This document shows, one piece after another, positions 37,514 to 46,196 of a stretch of 64,000 nucleotides of DNA. The notes beneath the pieces are model-generated. The model saw only the letters and a list, made by a program, of their open reading frames with translations, did not search any database and was not told the DNA's origin. Numbering within the stretch: position 1 is the first letter of the stretch; every line of letters starts with the position of its first letter. Source of the stretch: Pseudomonadota bacterium (GTDB lineage: Bacteria > Pseudomonadota > Alphaproteobacteria > UBA8366); assembly GCA_036337155.1 (NCBI GenBank), contig JAYZET010000010.1, positions 85,630-149,629 of the forward strand, given 5' to 3'. The position numbers and the translations under genes were made by a program.

Positions 37514-38147
37514 GCTGGGCCGCTACATCGGTGGCGGGTTCCGTCAATAGCCGGTAAAGGATGCTCCAATTCGAGCCTCTCCACGGCTCAAAAAGTTTTA
37601 ATTCCACACCTTGTCGCGCAAAATACTGGCTATCGTAAAGTCGCCGACCACCAGCTAAATTGATATAACGGTCAGCACTGAGCTTTCGACAGATTTCCAG
37701 CACGCGGTCTTGGCCACGGAAGGCATTTGGAATTTGTAGCGTCGTCGAGCGTATGACCTTGAAGGGTAAACGCAGCTCCCGACAGGCAATTGATAAGAGG
37801 TTTTCTAAATACCCGACGACATCGCCGGAGGGCACAAGCATTGCGTCGAGTAGAGGATGTCTGGCACCTCGCAATATGGGAAAGTTACGGCAGCGGGTTT
37901 CCATCGACCCAATAGCATTTTCCGTAAACCCTAATTCCGAGATTCGTATATTGGTGGGTTCCTTCTTAAGCGGTAAGGTTAACCAGCGTGGTTGTCTGGC
38001 GACCCCGGGAAGCTGGTTGCGATGAACCCATCCGCGTCTTGGAAACTGCACGCAATCGAAGATGCATACTAAATCAGCTTCCGCAAACAATCGAAAATAC
38101 CCAGCATAGGGAATAAAATAGGGTTGCATAACCGCGATTGTGGTCAT
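37497..38147 (-). CDS. WbqC-family protein
   Basis: 216 aa. The N-terminal IAVMQPYFIPYAGYFRLF motif is characteristic of WbqC-like proteins from sugar-modification loci. Confidence 0.75.
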   Translation of the reverse strand: MTTIAVMQPYFIPYAGYFRLFAEADLVCIFDCVQFPRRGWVHRNQLPGVARQPRWLTLPLKKEPTNIRISELGFTENAIGSMETRCRNFPILRGARHPLLDAMLVPSGDVVGYLENLLSIACRELRLPFKVIRSTTLQIPNAFRGQDRVLEICRKLSADRYINLAGGRRLYDSQYFARQGVELKLFEPWRGSNWSILYRLLTEPATDVAAQLRAQS

Positions 38148-38262
38148 TCGGACCTCGGCTGGAAGGCGATCATGGTATTAGTCTAGTATCGAAATTAGAA
38201 TCGTCCCAGCTATAGTATTCTGCAGTTGACGATATGACGTGGTCAATGAAATCTAATGAACG

Positions 38263-40032
38263 ATGGCAGATTCAATAGAAGCGACCTTGCAAGAAGCGCT
38301 GGAATGTTTTTATGCGGGCGACCATGCACTCGCTGCTATACTTTTTCGCCAAATATTGGATAGAGATCCTGACCACGCCGAAGCGCTTCATCTCCTTGGC
38401 CTCGCAGAACAGGGTATGGGAGAGACTGGAGCTGCTCTGCTGCATATTGCGAAAGCCGTAGGCAGTTCACCCCGTGACGTTTTATATCGTATGAATTTAG
38501 GAACCATGCTTTTTGAAGCTGGACGGCCAAGCGATGCTGTATCGATACTGCGAGGCGCGGTTGAATGCGATCCTAACCTATGGGAAGCGCATTATGTTTT
38601 GGGAAATGCATTGGTGGCATCGGGTGACGACCACGCGGCGTTGAAATCCTTTTTTCGATCCGTGACTTTAAACCCGGGGCACGCAGAAACTTTCAATAAC
38701 ATAGGGTTGATCCTCCGGGAACAGGACAAATTGGAGGAAGCCGTTGTCTATCTCGAGAAAGCGGTTCGGATACCCACGCCGTTTCCCCCAGCATTTTCCA
38801 ATCTTTGCGCAGCTTATGTGGAGCTAGGCCGTCTTGAGGAAGCACTGTCAGCAGGTCACGAGGCGGTCTCGTTGGCGCCGAACGATGCGAGCGCTCACTA
38901 CAATTTAGCAAATGCCATGGTGGCTGCGGATAATCCCGAAGGCTCGTTGTCTGGCTACCAAGAAGCGGTTTCCCTTGACCCTTGTTATGCGGACGCTTGG
39001 ATCAATCTCGGCGCAGCGCTATTGGCATGCGACGAGCCAGGGGAGGCGATAGTAGCTTTCGATCGGGCGGTGTGCCTCGATAAATACTCAGCCGACGCTA
39101 ATTGGAACCGCGCCTTGGCTCTTCTTAAGCATGGTCGTTTGACTGAAGGATGGCCGGGCTATGAATGGCGATGGGAGGCGGTCCCTTGGCTCAATAGGTG
39201 GCAATTAGAAGTTCCTCAGTGGCGGGGTGAAGAGGTGGACGGCAAAGTCATCCTAGTTCACGCCGAGCAAGGGTATGGCGATACCATCCAATTCGTTCGC
39301 TATCTTCCGGATATTCTGCGTCGGGGAGGCAAGGTCCGTCTCGTCTGCCAACCGGCGCTCAAACGATTGCTATCATTCCTGCCAGATTTGGAAAGCGTTA
39401 CCGCTCACGGTGAAATTCCCGGTCCTTTCGACTTGCATCTGCCGATTATGAGCCTGCCGGAAGCAGTTGGCCTTGCAAATCCAGCGAGCGGTTCAGATAA
39501 AATTCCATATATTTCAGCAGAAATTGGTGCACCACCTGAACTGGCGTCGGTACAGCTACCAAAGGTTGGTCTCGTATGGCGAGGCAGCCAAATTAACACG
39601 GAGGGTAAGTTCCGATCATGTCGGTTCTGCGATCTTGAACCAATTCTGTTGGTGCCACACGCAAGGTATTTCGCATTGCAGCCCGATATCGAAGAAGAAG
39701 AACGTAGCCTGCTAATTCACCTCGGGGGAGTCGATTTATCGTCGCGCATTCAGGATTTCGGTGATAGCGCGGCTATCACTGATGCGATGGATTTGGTAAT
39801 TTCTGTCGACACCGCACAAGCTCATTTAACGGGTGCGCTCGGCAAGCCAATATGGACCTTACTTGCTCGTGGCGCCGACTGGCGATGGTTTCTTGATCGA
39901 GATGATAGTCCTTGGTATCCCACGATGCGGTTATTTCGCCAACTGGAGCGAGGCAACTGGCAGCAACCAATTGCACAAGCTGCTCTGGCATTACCGAAAT
40001 TCCTTCTCGGAATCGCAAATCAAGCGAAATGA
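38263..40032 (+). CDS. TPR-repeat protein fused to GT9-like (heptosyltransferase-fold) glycosyltransferase, copy 1
   Basis: 589 aa. TPR N-half; the C-half has ILVHAEQGYGDTIQFVRYLP, DTAQAHLTGALGKPIWTLL and DSPWYPTMRLFRQ. Confidence 0.75.
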   Translation: MADSIEATLQEALECFYAGDHALAAILFRQILDRDPDHAEALHLLGLAEQGMGETGAALLHIAKAVGSSPRDVLYRMNLGTMLFEAGRPSDAVSILRGAVECDPNLWEAHYVLGNALVASGDDHAALKSFFRSVTLNPGHAETFNNIGLILREQDKLEEAVVYLEKAVRIPTPFPPAFSNLCAAYVELGRLEEALSAGHEAVSLAPNDASAHYNLANAMVAADNPEGSLSGYQEAVSLDPCYADAWINLGAALLACDEPGEAIVAFDRAVCLDKYSADANWNRALALLKHGRLTEGWPGYEWRWEAVPWLNRWQLEVPQWRGEEVDGKVILVHAEQGYGDTIQFVRYLPDILRRGGKVRLVCQPALKRLLSFLPDLESVTAHGEIPGPFDLHLPIMSLPEAVGLANPASGSDKIPYISAEIGAPPELASVQLPKVGLVWRGSQINTEGKFRSCRFCDLEPILLVPHARYFALQPDIEEEERSLLIHLGGVDLSSRIQDFGDSAAITDAMDLVISVDTAQAHLTGALGKPIWTLLARGADWRWFLDRDDSPWYPTMRLFRQLERGNWQQPIAQAALALPKFLLGIANQAK

Positions 40033-40082
40033 CAAGAAAAAGGCGGTCGGTTAGGCTGATCGTCTTGGGAAATAAAGACCAA

Positions 40083-41189
40083 ATGATCAAGAATACAACC
40101 GCAATCCCTTTGATGAAGCCTCGCCTACCTGATCGAAAGGCGCTGGAACCTTATCTCGCTGAAATTGACCAAAACCGTTGGTACAGTAATTTCGGCCCTT
40201 TGGAACGTCGGTTCGAGGCACGCCTGGCTGATTATTTTGGTGTCAGGGATCAGCAAATAATTTGCGTTTCCAGCGGCACGCAGGCGCTCAGCATTTCTCT
40301 GAAGTCAGTTGCCCGATCGACTGTTGGATATTGTTTGATGCCGTCCTTTACTTTTGTTGCTACTCCGCACGCGGCTGTTGCGGCTGGTCTCGAGCCTTAC
40401 TTTCTTGATGTGGATCTAAATACTTGGGCGCTCGATCCTAATGCGGTTAAATCTATTTTGCCGGCATTTGAAGGGCCGATTGCTGCGATCCTACCCGTTG
40501 CACCGTTCGGTGCATCTTTCGATATTGAAGCATGGGATGATTTCCACCGTGAGACAGGTATTCCAGTAGTTGTGGATGCAGCTGCCGGCTTTGACTCTGC
40601 ACGGCCAGGAATGTCACCAGTTATGGTTAGTTTGCATGCTACGAAAGCCCTAGGTATAGGAGAAGGTGGATTGGTTTTATGTCGGGATAATCGGATCGCT
40701 GCTAAAATTAGAGGTGGGCGAAATTTCGGTTTCATGGGAGGCCGGATTGCTACAATTCCAGGAAGTAATGCAAAGCTAAGTGAATATGGAGCTGCGGTGG
40801 GCCTTGCTTCTCTCGATGCATGGCCTGAAACCAGAGCTCAGTTACTTAGAATTGCGGCAAGCTTTCTAGATGTATTTGAAGGAATTGATAGCCTTACATT
40901 TTCGCCGGGATTTACGGTCGACCACGCGGTGACAACTTGCAATGTGGCATTTAAGGAGCCGATAGCGTCAATTGTCATTGATGAGCTTGCTCAAGCGGGT
41001 ATAGATGCTCGCCGATGGTGGAACCACGGCTGTCATAAAGAACCCATATTTAGCGGATGCGGTAAAAGTAATTTAGATGTAACAGAATATCTCTCCGAGC
41101 GTGTGGTTGGTTTGCCTTATTTTATTGATCTCGATTTGCCACAAATGCAAAAAATTCGGGACTGTGTAATCCGAGCGGTGGCTCGGTAA
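40083..41189 (+). CDS. DegT/DnrJ/EryC1/StrS-family PLP-dependent sugar aminotransferase
   Basis: IPLMKPRLP near the N-terminus and the PLP-lysine block SLHATKALGIGEGG. An alternative coupled start is the ATG at 40029 (ATGA with the upstream stop). Confidence 0.85.
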   Translation: MIKNTTAIPLMKPRLPDRKALEPYLAEIDQNRWYSNFGPLERRFEARLADYFGVRDQQIICVSSGTQALSISLKSVARSTVGYCLMPSFTFVATPHAAVAAGLEPYFLDVDLNTWALDPNAVKSILPAFEGPIAAILPVAPFGASFDIEAWDDFHRETGIPVVVDAAAGFDSARPGMSPVMVSLHATKALGIGEGGLVLCRDNRIAAKIRGGRNFGFMGGRIATIPGSNAKLSEYGAAVGLASLDAWPETRAQLLRIAASFLDVFEGIDSLTFSPGFTVDHAVTTCNVAFKEPIASIVIDELAQAGIDARRWWNHGCHKEPIFSGCGKSNLDVTEYLSERVVGLPYFIDLDLPQMQKIRDCVIRAVAR

Positions 41190-41203
41190 GAGTTGCCCGA
41201 TTT

Positions 41204-41216
41204 GGTAAATGTTACC
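41204..41216. promoter_or_regulatory. variant dyad GGTAAATGTTACC nested in inverted repeat TTGCCCG(41193..41199)/CGGGCAA(41216..41222)
   Basis: A perfect palindrome with a symmetric C-to-T / G-to-A change relative to GGCA-N5-TGCC. Its centre is 93 bp upstream of the flagellin-1 promoter. Confidence 0.3.
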
Positions 41217-41302
41217 GGGCAATTAATGTATCTATGGCGCAGTTCCGAATTCACCGATTAAAAATATTAAATAAAATCAATATGTTAAAATAATTAATGC
41301 GC

Positions 41303-41318
41303 TGGCATCGCGGTTGCC
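41303..41318 (+). promoter_or_regulatory. sigma-54 promoter of flagellin gene 1
   Basis: TGGCAT-CGCGG-TTGCC. This implies a leader of about 95 nt. Confidence 0.65.
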
Positions 41319-41425
41319 ATTCTAATTACTGACTTTTCGTTTCCGCTTAAGAATACGCTTAAAAGACGTTTTCGAGGAACGGAGCGAAGCCAAGGAGCCA
41401 AGGGAGCCAGAAAGGAGTTGGCAAA

Positions 41426-42265
41426 ATGGCAGGATTTGGATCTGATAAGATCGCTTTGTCGGCAGCAGTACGAGGAAATCTGCTTTCTCTTCAAAGAACG
41501 TCGACCTCAATCGAAACGACGCAGCAGCGTTTGGCCACCGGCCTCAAGGTAAATTCGGCAATTGACGACGCGGCTGCATTCTTTACAGCCCGAGCACTTG
41601 ATAACCGAGCTTCAGATCTTGAGAGCCTCAAAAGCAATATCGATATCTCGATAAGCACGCTCCAAGCGGCGCTCGATGGCATCGACGCTATTACTGACCT
41701 CGTGCAGCAAGCAAAAGGCCTTGCGAGTAATGCTAAGGCTACAGGTGATACGAATGAACGTTCGACCCTGGCAGTTCAGTTCAATGAGTTACTGGGTCAA
41801 ATCAATTCAATTGCCAACGATTCAACCTTCAATGGTATGAACTTGTTAAAAGCGACACCGGATAACCTCCAGGTTGCATTTAATGAGGACAATACTTCCA
41901 ATATTACAATTACTGGTCTCGATACCACGACTGCTACGTCGGGCATCAATCTTGGAGTTGCTGCCAATAATTTTGGCCTTACCGCCAATATTGACACAGC
42001 GTTGACCGCAATTAGTAGCGCTCTGGTTACACTGCGTGGTAATGCATCGACCCTAGGTTCGAACAGCACGGTTCTTAAGACCCGTCTTAACTTCACTGAA
42101 AACTTGGTTAACACTCTCGAAGGTGGATCAGGCAAGCTCACTTTAGCCGATTTAAATGAGGAAAGCGCTAACCTACTTGCTTTACAGACACGTCAGCAAC
42201 TTGGCTTAAACTCACTTGCATTAGCCTCGCAGAGCGAGAGAGCGATCTTGAGCCTCTTTGGATAA
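41426..42265 (+). CDS. flagellin (short, about 28 kDa alphaproteobacterial type), copy 1
   Basis: 279 aa. Conserved N-terminus LQRTS..TQQRLATGLKVNSAIDDAAAFF and C-terminus LLALQTRQQLGLNSLALASQSE. The central region is Thr/Ser/Asn-rich. Confidence 0.9.
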   Translation: MAGFGSDKIALSAAVRGNLLSLQRTSTSIETTQQRLATGLKVNSAIDDAAAFFTARALDNRASDLESLKSNIDISISTLQAALDGIDAITDLVQQAKGLASNAKATGDTNERSTLAVQFNELLGQINSIANDSTFNGMNLLKATPDNLQVAFNEDNTSNITITGLDTTTATSGINLGVAANNFGLTANIDTALTAISSALVTLRGNASTLGSNSTVLKTRLNFTENLVNTLEGGSGKLTLADLNEESANLLALQTRQQLGLNSLALASQSERAILSLFG

Positions 42266-42306
42266 GCCAATCAACTTAGTATTGTAAAAATTTTTGACGC
42301 CGGTCC

Positions 42307-42319
42307 GGCAATAGTTGCC
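42307..42319. promoter_or_regulatory. GGCA-N5-TGCC dyad (candidate UAS for flagellin gene 2), embedded in a longer imperfect hairpin 42291..42335
   Basis: GGCAATAGTTGCC, exact. Its centre is 106 bp upstream of the promoter at 42419. The enclosing hairpin (TTTTTGACGCCG...CGGCGGCAAAAA) could also act as the flagellin-1 terminator. Confidence 0.45.
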
Positions 42320-42418
42320 TGGACGGGCGGCAAAAATTTCCTCTACGGGCAATTTTTTCCTACTTCTTCGTTACATTAGTAGCTACTAAGTATCTCAAAA
42401 ATATAGCGTTTAGGTTGA

Positions 42419-42434
42419 TGGCATGGTCGTTGCT
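42419..42434 (+). promoter_or_regulatory. sigma-54 promoter of flagellin gene 2
   Basis: TGGCAT-GGTCG-TTGCT. This implies a leader of about 100 nt. Confidence 0.65.
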
Positions 42435-42544
42435 GCTTTGGTTAATGGCTCGGCCAAATCAATAGAAATTGATAAGGCCGTAGTTATTAAATAGCGATCG
42501 CAGAAGGCGGTCGTATCCATGTGTCCTAGAAGAGGAGATATCAC

Positions 42545-43372
42545 ATGTCCGACTCTATTAATCTTTCAACATCGGTTCGGACGAACCTACTTACCCTACA
42601 GCGTACCTCTGGTCTTATTGCTGCAACCCAAACCCGTCTTTCGACGGGCTTGAAGGTCAATTCAGCCCTCGACGATGCGGCGGCGTTTTTCACTGCCAAG
42701 GCGTTGAGCAATGCTGCGAGCGACCTTGAAGGGTTGAAGGGAAATATTGATTTAGCGGTTAGTACTATCCAGTCGGCAATCGACGGCATTGACGCGATTA
42801 CTGAATTGGTGAACCAAGCAAAAGGTCTCGCTAGTAATGCGAAGGCAACTGGTGATACAAGCGAGCGTTCGACCCTAGCAGTTCAATTTAATGAGCTGCT
42901 TAAACAGGTCAATGCAATTGCCAACGATTCAACCTTCAATGGTTTGAACTTATTGAAGGCGACACCTGACAACTTGGCAGTTGAATTCAACACCGATAAT
43001 ACCAGTAACCTGACCATTACGGGTCTAGACTCTACAACTGCTACGTCAGGCATTAATATTGCCGTTGCAGCCAATAATTTTGGCCTTACGGCGAATATTG
43101 ACACTGCGTTGACCCAAATTGGCAGCGCATTGACTGAACTTAGGTCAAACGCTTCGACCTTGGGTTCAAATAACACCATCCTCTCCACAAGGTTGGATTT
43201 CACGGAAAGTCTCGTTGCAACGCAGGAAGGCGGAGAAGCGAAACTAACTCTGGCTGATCTTAATGAGGAAAGTGCAAATCTGCTGGCTCTTCAGACCCGG
43301 CAACAGTTAGGTATTAACTCTTTGGCCCTTGCCGCGCAGAGTGAGCGGTCAATTTTGGCGCTTTTTGGTTAA
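42545..43372 (+). CDS. flagellin, copy 2 (paralog of 41426..42265)
   Basis: 275 aa, roughly three-quarters identical to copy 1 by eye, with many synonymous differences at the DNA level. Confidence 0.9.
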   Translation: MSDSINLSTSVRTNLLTLQRTSGLIAATQTRLSTGLKVNSALDDAAAFFTAKALSNAASDLEGLKGNIDLAVSTIQSAIDGIDAITELVNQAKGLASNAKATGDTSERSTLAVQFNELLKQVNAIANDSTFNGLNLLKATPDNLAVEFNTDNTSNLTITGLDSTTATSGINIAVAANNFGLTANIDTALTQIGSALTELRSNASTLGSNNTILSTRLDFTESLVATQEGGEAKLTLADLNEESANLLALQTRQQLGINSLALAAQSERSILALFG

Positions 43373-43398
43373 TATCCCTTGTGGTTCACTGGAACCCA

Positions 43399-43429
43399 AG
43401 CGGGGGCTACGGCCCCCGCTTTTTTTTTA
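43399..43429 (+). terminator. rho-independent terminator after flagellin 2
   Basis: Stem AGCGGGGGC / GCCCCCGCT (loop TACG) followed by a T9 run. Confidence 0.85.
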
Positions 43430-43538
43430 AAAAAATTGTTAAAGATATGCACGATTTTTTAAACACCGTGTAAAAATTATATTAGCTTATCGTCAAGGCT
43501 CGGCGATAGTTTGTATACATTTTATCTAGTGGTATGAA

Positions 43539-43931
43539 ATGCCCTTAAAATTAATTTTGAAACCAGGCGAAAAAGTAATAATCAATCAGGCAGTGGTGTT
43601 GAACGGTGGAGATAAGAGCGAGCTTGTTCTGCAGAATAAAGCGAGTGTCTTACGTGAGCGAGATATAATGACCGAAGATAAAGCAGACACTCCTGCGAAA
43701 AGAATTTATTTCGCTATTCAAATGATGTACATGTTCACAGATAAAGAACGCCACCGCCAAGATAAATTTAATGAGTTAGTGAGCTCTTTCGTAGAAGCCG
43801 TACCAAGTTCAACACCAATTTTACTTGATATTGGTAGGAAAGTTATTGAAGGTAATCTTTACGGCGCAATGAAAGACTGCAAGAAACTAATGCGCTACGA
43901 AGAAGAGGTGTTAAAACATGTCGCCCAGTAG
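43539..43931 (+). CDS. flbT: flagellin translational regulator FlbT
   Basis: 130 aa. The N-terminal MPLKLILKPGEKVIINQAVV..N and ..TPAKRIYFAIQMMY match the FlbT family signature. Confidence 0.85.
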   Translation: MPLKLILKPGEKVIINQAVVLNGGDKSELVLQNKASVLRERDIMTEDKADTPAKRIYFAIQMMYMFTDKERHRQDKFNELVSSFVEAVPSSTPILLDIGRKVIEGNLYGAMKDCKKLMRYEEEVLKHVAQ

Positions 43932-44349
43932 CGATCCCTACCGTACTTCACAGAAGCTCGGTGCTGGCGCTCGCCAAACTGAAGCGCGAGCATTGATGGA
44001 AACAGCGCGGACCCTGGCAGATGCTCAAAATAACATGGATGACATTTCTGCATACCGTGCGGCGCTGCGTCTAAACTGGCGACTTTGGACTATTTTTCAG
44101 TCGGATGTTTCGTCGGCAGAGAATCCATTACCAGATGAAATTAAACAGAATATTCTCAACCTCAGTGTATTCATCGATAAACACACTGTTGATGCTCTTG
44201 CCAATCCAGAAGTGCGTAAACTCAAAGTGCTCATAGATATAAATCGTAACATCGCGAGCGGTCTTATCACGAGTCCGGAAGGCGGAGACGACGCGCCCAC
44301 AGCACCGGCGCAAAGCCCGAGCAGTAGCGAAGGTGGTGTGATAGCCTAG
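43918..44349 (+). CDS. flaF: flagellar biosynthesis regulator FlaF
   Basis: 143 aa. R.TEARALMETAR.L..A, NWRLWTIF and the LPDEIK.NILNLS.FIDKHT pattern fit FlaF. It overlaps flbT by 14 nt. Confidence 0.8.
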   Translation: MSPSSDPYRTSQKLGAGARQTEARALMETARTLADAQNNMDDISAYRAALRLNWRLWTIFQSDVSSAENPLPDEIKQNILNLSVFIDKHTVDALANPEVRKLKVLIDINRNIASGLITSPEGGDDAPTAPAQSPSSSEGGVIA

Positions 44350-44366
44350 TCCAAAAACTAGTTTTC

Positions 44367-46196
44367 TCAAAGATTAGTCACATCAATCTCTACTGCAGGA
44401 TCGTTTTGGACGAAACGACGCCACATTTCTCTATAAGCCTTTTCAAGACTTCTTGTAGTTAATTTTGTGTCGAAAAGTGCACAGGTTGTGCGGTTTTTGA
44501 TGATCTTACGGCGAATTGCGGCTAATTCGTCAGCATTAGTTGCCAAGCGATAAGCCAATGCGCCATATTGATCGACAGACTCTGTAACCAATTCCGAAAG
44601 CCCTGCTGCAGTAAGCAAACTTGCCGACACGCGGGAAGCAAAGTGATTTCCTTTTATAGTGACGACAGGAAGCCCGGCCCATAATGCATCGCTAGTCGTT
44701 GTGTGGCCGTTATAGAAATGTGTGTCTAGAGCAAGATCGGCTACTGTCATCCGCTGAAGATGCTGGGGGCGTGGTAGCATCTCTGCGAAGATTAATCTAT
44801 CTCGTTCAATACCCGCATTTACCGCGATACGTGACAAGTTTTCTACGGCTTTTTGATTGTTTTGAAGTATCCAAAGGCCGCTATCTGGAATAGATTTAAG
44901 TAAATCAATCCAAATATAAAATATTTTTTCATCTAGTTTTATGGGGTTATTAAAAGAGCAGAATAAAAAATTAATTTTTTCTTTCAATGAATCGTGTTCT
45001 TTCTTAAATAAATTTTCTTGAGTATTATCATTCGCTTGATATGTCCCGGGTAAATAAACTAAAGATTCGCTAAAGTAGCGAGCTGTGTCAGGCGGCGCCA
45101 CGATAGGATCGGCGACAATGTAATCGAAGAAATCTGCACCGGTTGTCCCAGGGAAGCCAAGATAAGTGATTTGTATGGGCGCCGGACGTTTTGCAAAAAT
45201 ACCAAGTCGATTGTTTCGCGTATATCCCATTAAATCAACTAGGATATTGATGTTATCATTACTTATAATTTCTGCTGCCTCAGCATCGTTTTTATCTCTT
45301 ATGTCGACGAAGGCATGGCAGTTGCTTCGGATGTCTTCACGATAGGCGCTTGGTTTGTCAGGGCCATGCGAGTAAGCGCATATTTCGAACGTTTCGCGTT
45401 CATGAGTTCGGAACACACCGCGCATGAGATGGCTCATAGCGTGGTTGTGGAGGTCCCCGCTGAGATAACCTATACGAATTTTGTGCTTCATGTTGGTGCT
45501 GTATTTGCCGGTTCTTGGGTGACGACTGAGATCGACCCCTCTCTCCAGTCGAGAACTCCAAGATCTGGCTACTAAGAAATTCATTTTCGGATTATCTACG
45601 CGATGCACGTTGTCGAAAGGCGGTTCGGGTGCAGCTTGATCTTGAGCAAATGCCGCCTCGTTTAATTGATCTATATCCTGAGAAAGTTTGGTTAGCTCTT
45701 TACCCCATTCGCATGTCACGCGCAGCAGAGGATATAGTCCTGCACTTGCCACGTTACATTTTGGTTGCAGGTCGAGAGATTGGCGAAAGAATGAGATAGC
45801 TTCTCCGGTGCGCCCAGCTTCCGCATGAATAGCTCCCAAGCGATTTAGAACATGGGGCGTTGGCTTGACATTAGCCCACAGTTTCAAATAGGGGAGTGCT
45901 TCGTCGTTTTTGCCGGCTTGGAGCAGCAAGTCGCAAAGCATGGAAAGTTTATTTGTGTCTGTCTCTTCTATTTTGATTGATGAGCGCAGATACGAAATGG
46001 CATCGTCCTGTGCATCTAGTTGGATGCTAGAAATTCCGGCAAGGTAATTCGCGAAGCTATTGTTTTTGTCTTGCTCTAGTAGTTGACGGCATAACCGCAA
46101 GCAGAAAGCCCATTCGCCCCGCTCGGCATAGTGGGAAGCGTTCTGGAGAGCGTCAATTAAATCTTGGTCTGTCATGATACTGCAATTTTGCATCAT
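44367..46196 (-). CDS. TPR-repeat protein fused to SPY/OGT-like (GT41-type) glycosyltransferase, copy 3
   Basis: 609 aa. C-terminal LDTHFYNGHTTTSDALWAGLPVVTIKGNHFASRVSASLLTAAGLSELV is the classic SPY/OGT catalytic-domain motif. The middle of the gene is visibly more AT-rich. Confidence 0.8.
   Translation of the reverse strand: MMQNCSIMTDQDLIDALQNASHYAERGEWAFCLRLCRQLLEQDKNNSFANYLAGISSIQLDAQDDAISYLRSSIKIEETDTNKLSMLCDLLLQAGKNDEALPYLKLWANVKPTPHVLNRLGAIHAEAGRTGEAISFFRQSLDLQPKCNVASAGLYPLLRVTCEWGKELTKLSQDIDQLNEAAFAQDQAAPEPPFDNVHRVDNPKMNFLVARSWSSRLERGVDLSRHPRTGKYSTNMKHKIRIGYLSGDLHNHAMSHLMRGVFRTHERETFEICAYSHGPDKPSAYREDIRSNCHAFVDIRDKNDAEAAEIISNDNINILVDLMGYTRNNRLGIFAKRPAPIQITYLGFPGTTGADFFDYIVADPIVAPPDTARYFSESLVYLPGTYQANDNTQENLFKKEHDSLKEKINFLFCSFNNPIKLDEKIFYIWIDLLKSIPDSGLWILQNNQKAVENLSRIAVNAGIERDRLIFAEMLPRPQHLQRMTVADLALDTHFYNGHTTTSDALWAGLPVVTIKGNHFASRVSASLLTAAGLSELVTESVDQYGALAYRLATNADELAAIRRKIIKNRTTCALFDTKLTTRSLEKAYREMWRRFVQNDPAVEIDVTNL

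Noticed and set aside
42291-42335. Long imperfect hairpin after flagellin 1 called simply as a rho-independent terminator
   Set aside because: There is no U-run after the stem (it is followed by AAAAATTTCC), and its core is an exact GGCA-N5-TGCC dyad at the canonical distance from the flagellin-2 promoter. I list it as a regulatory site with a possible secondary terminator role.
41426-43372. The flagellin duplication as a mobile or recently amplified repeat
   Set aside because: The two copies differ at many synonymous sites and have different leaders. No flanking direct repeats or transposase are present. They are ordinary diverged paralogs.
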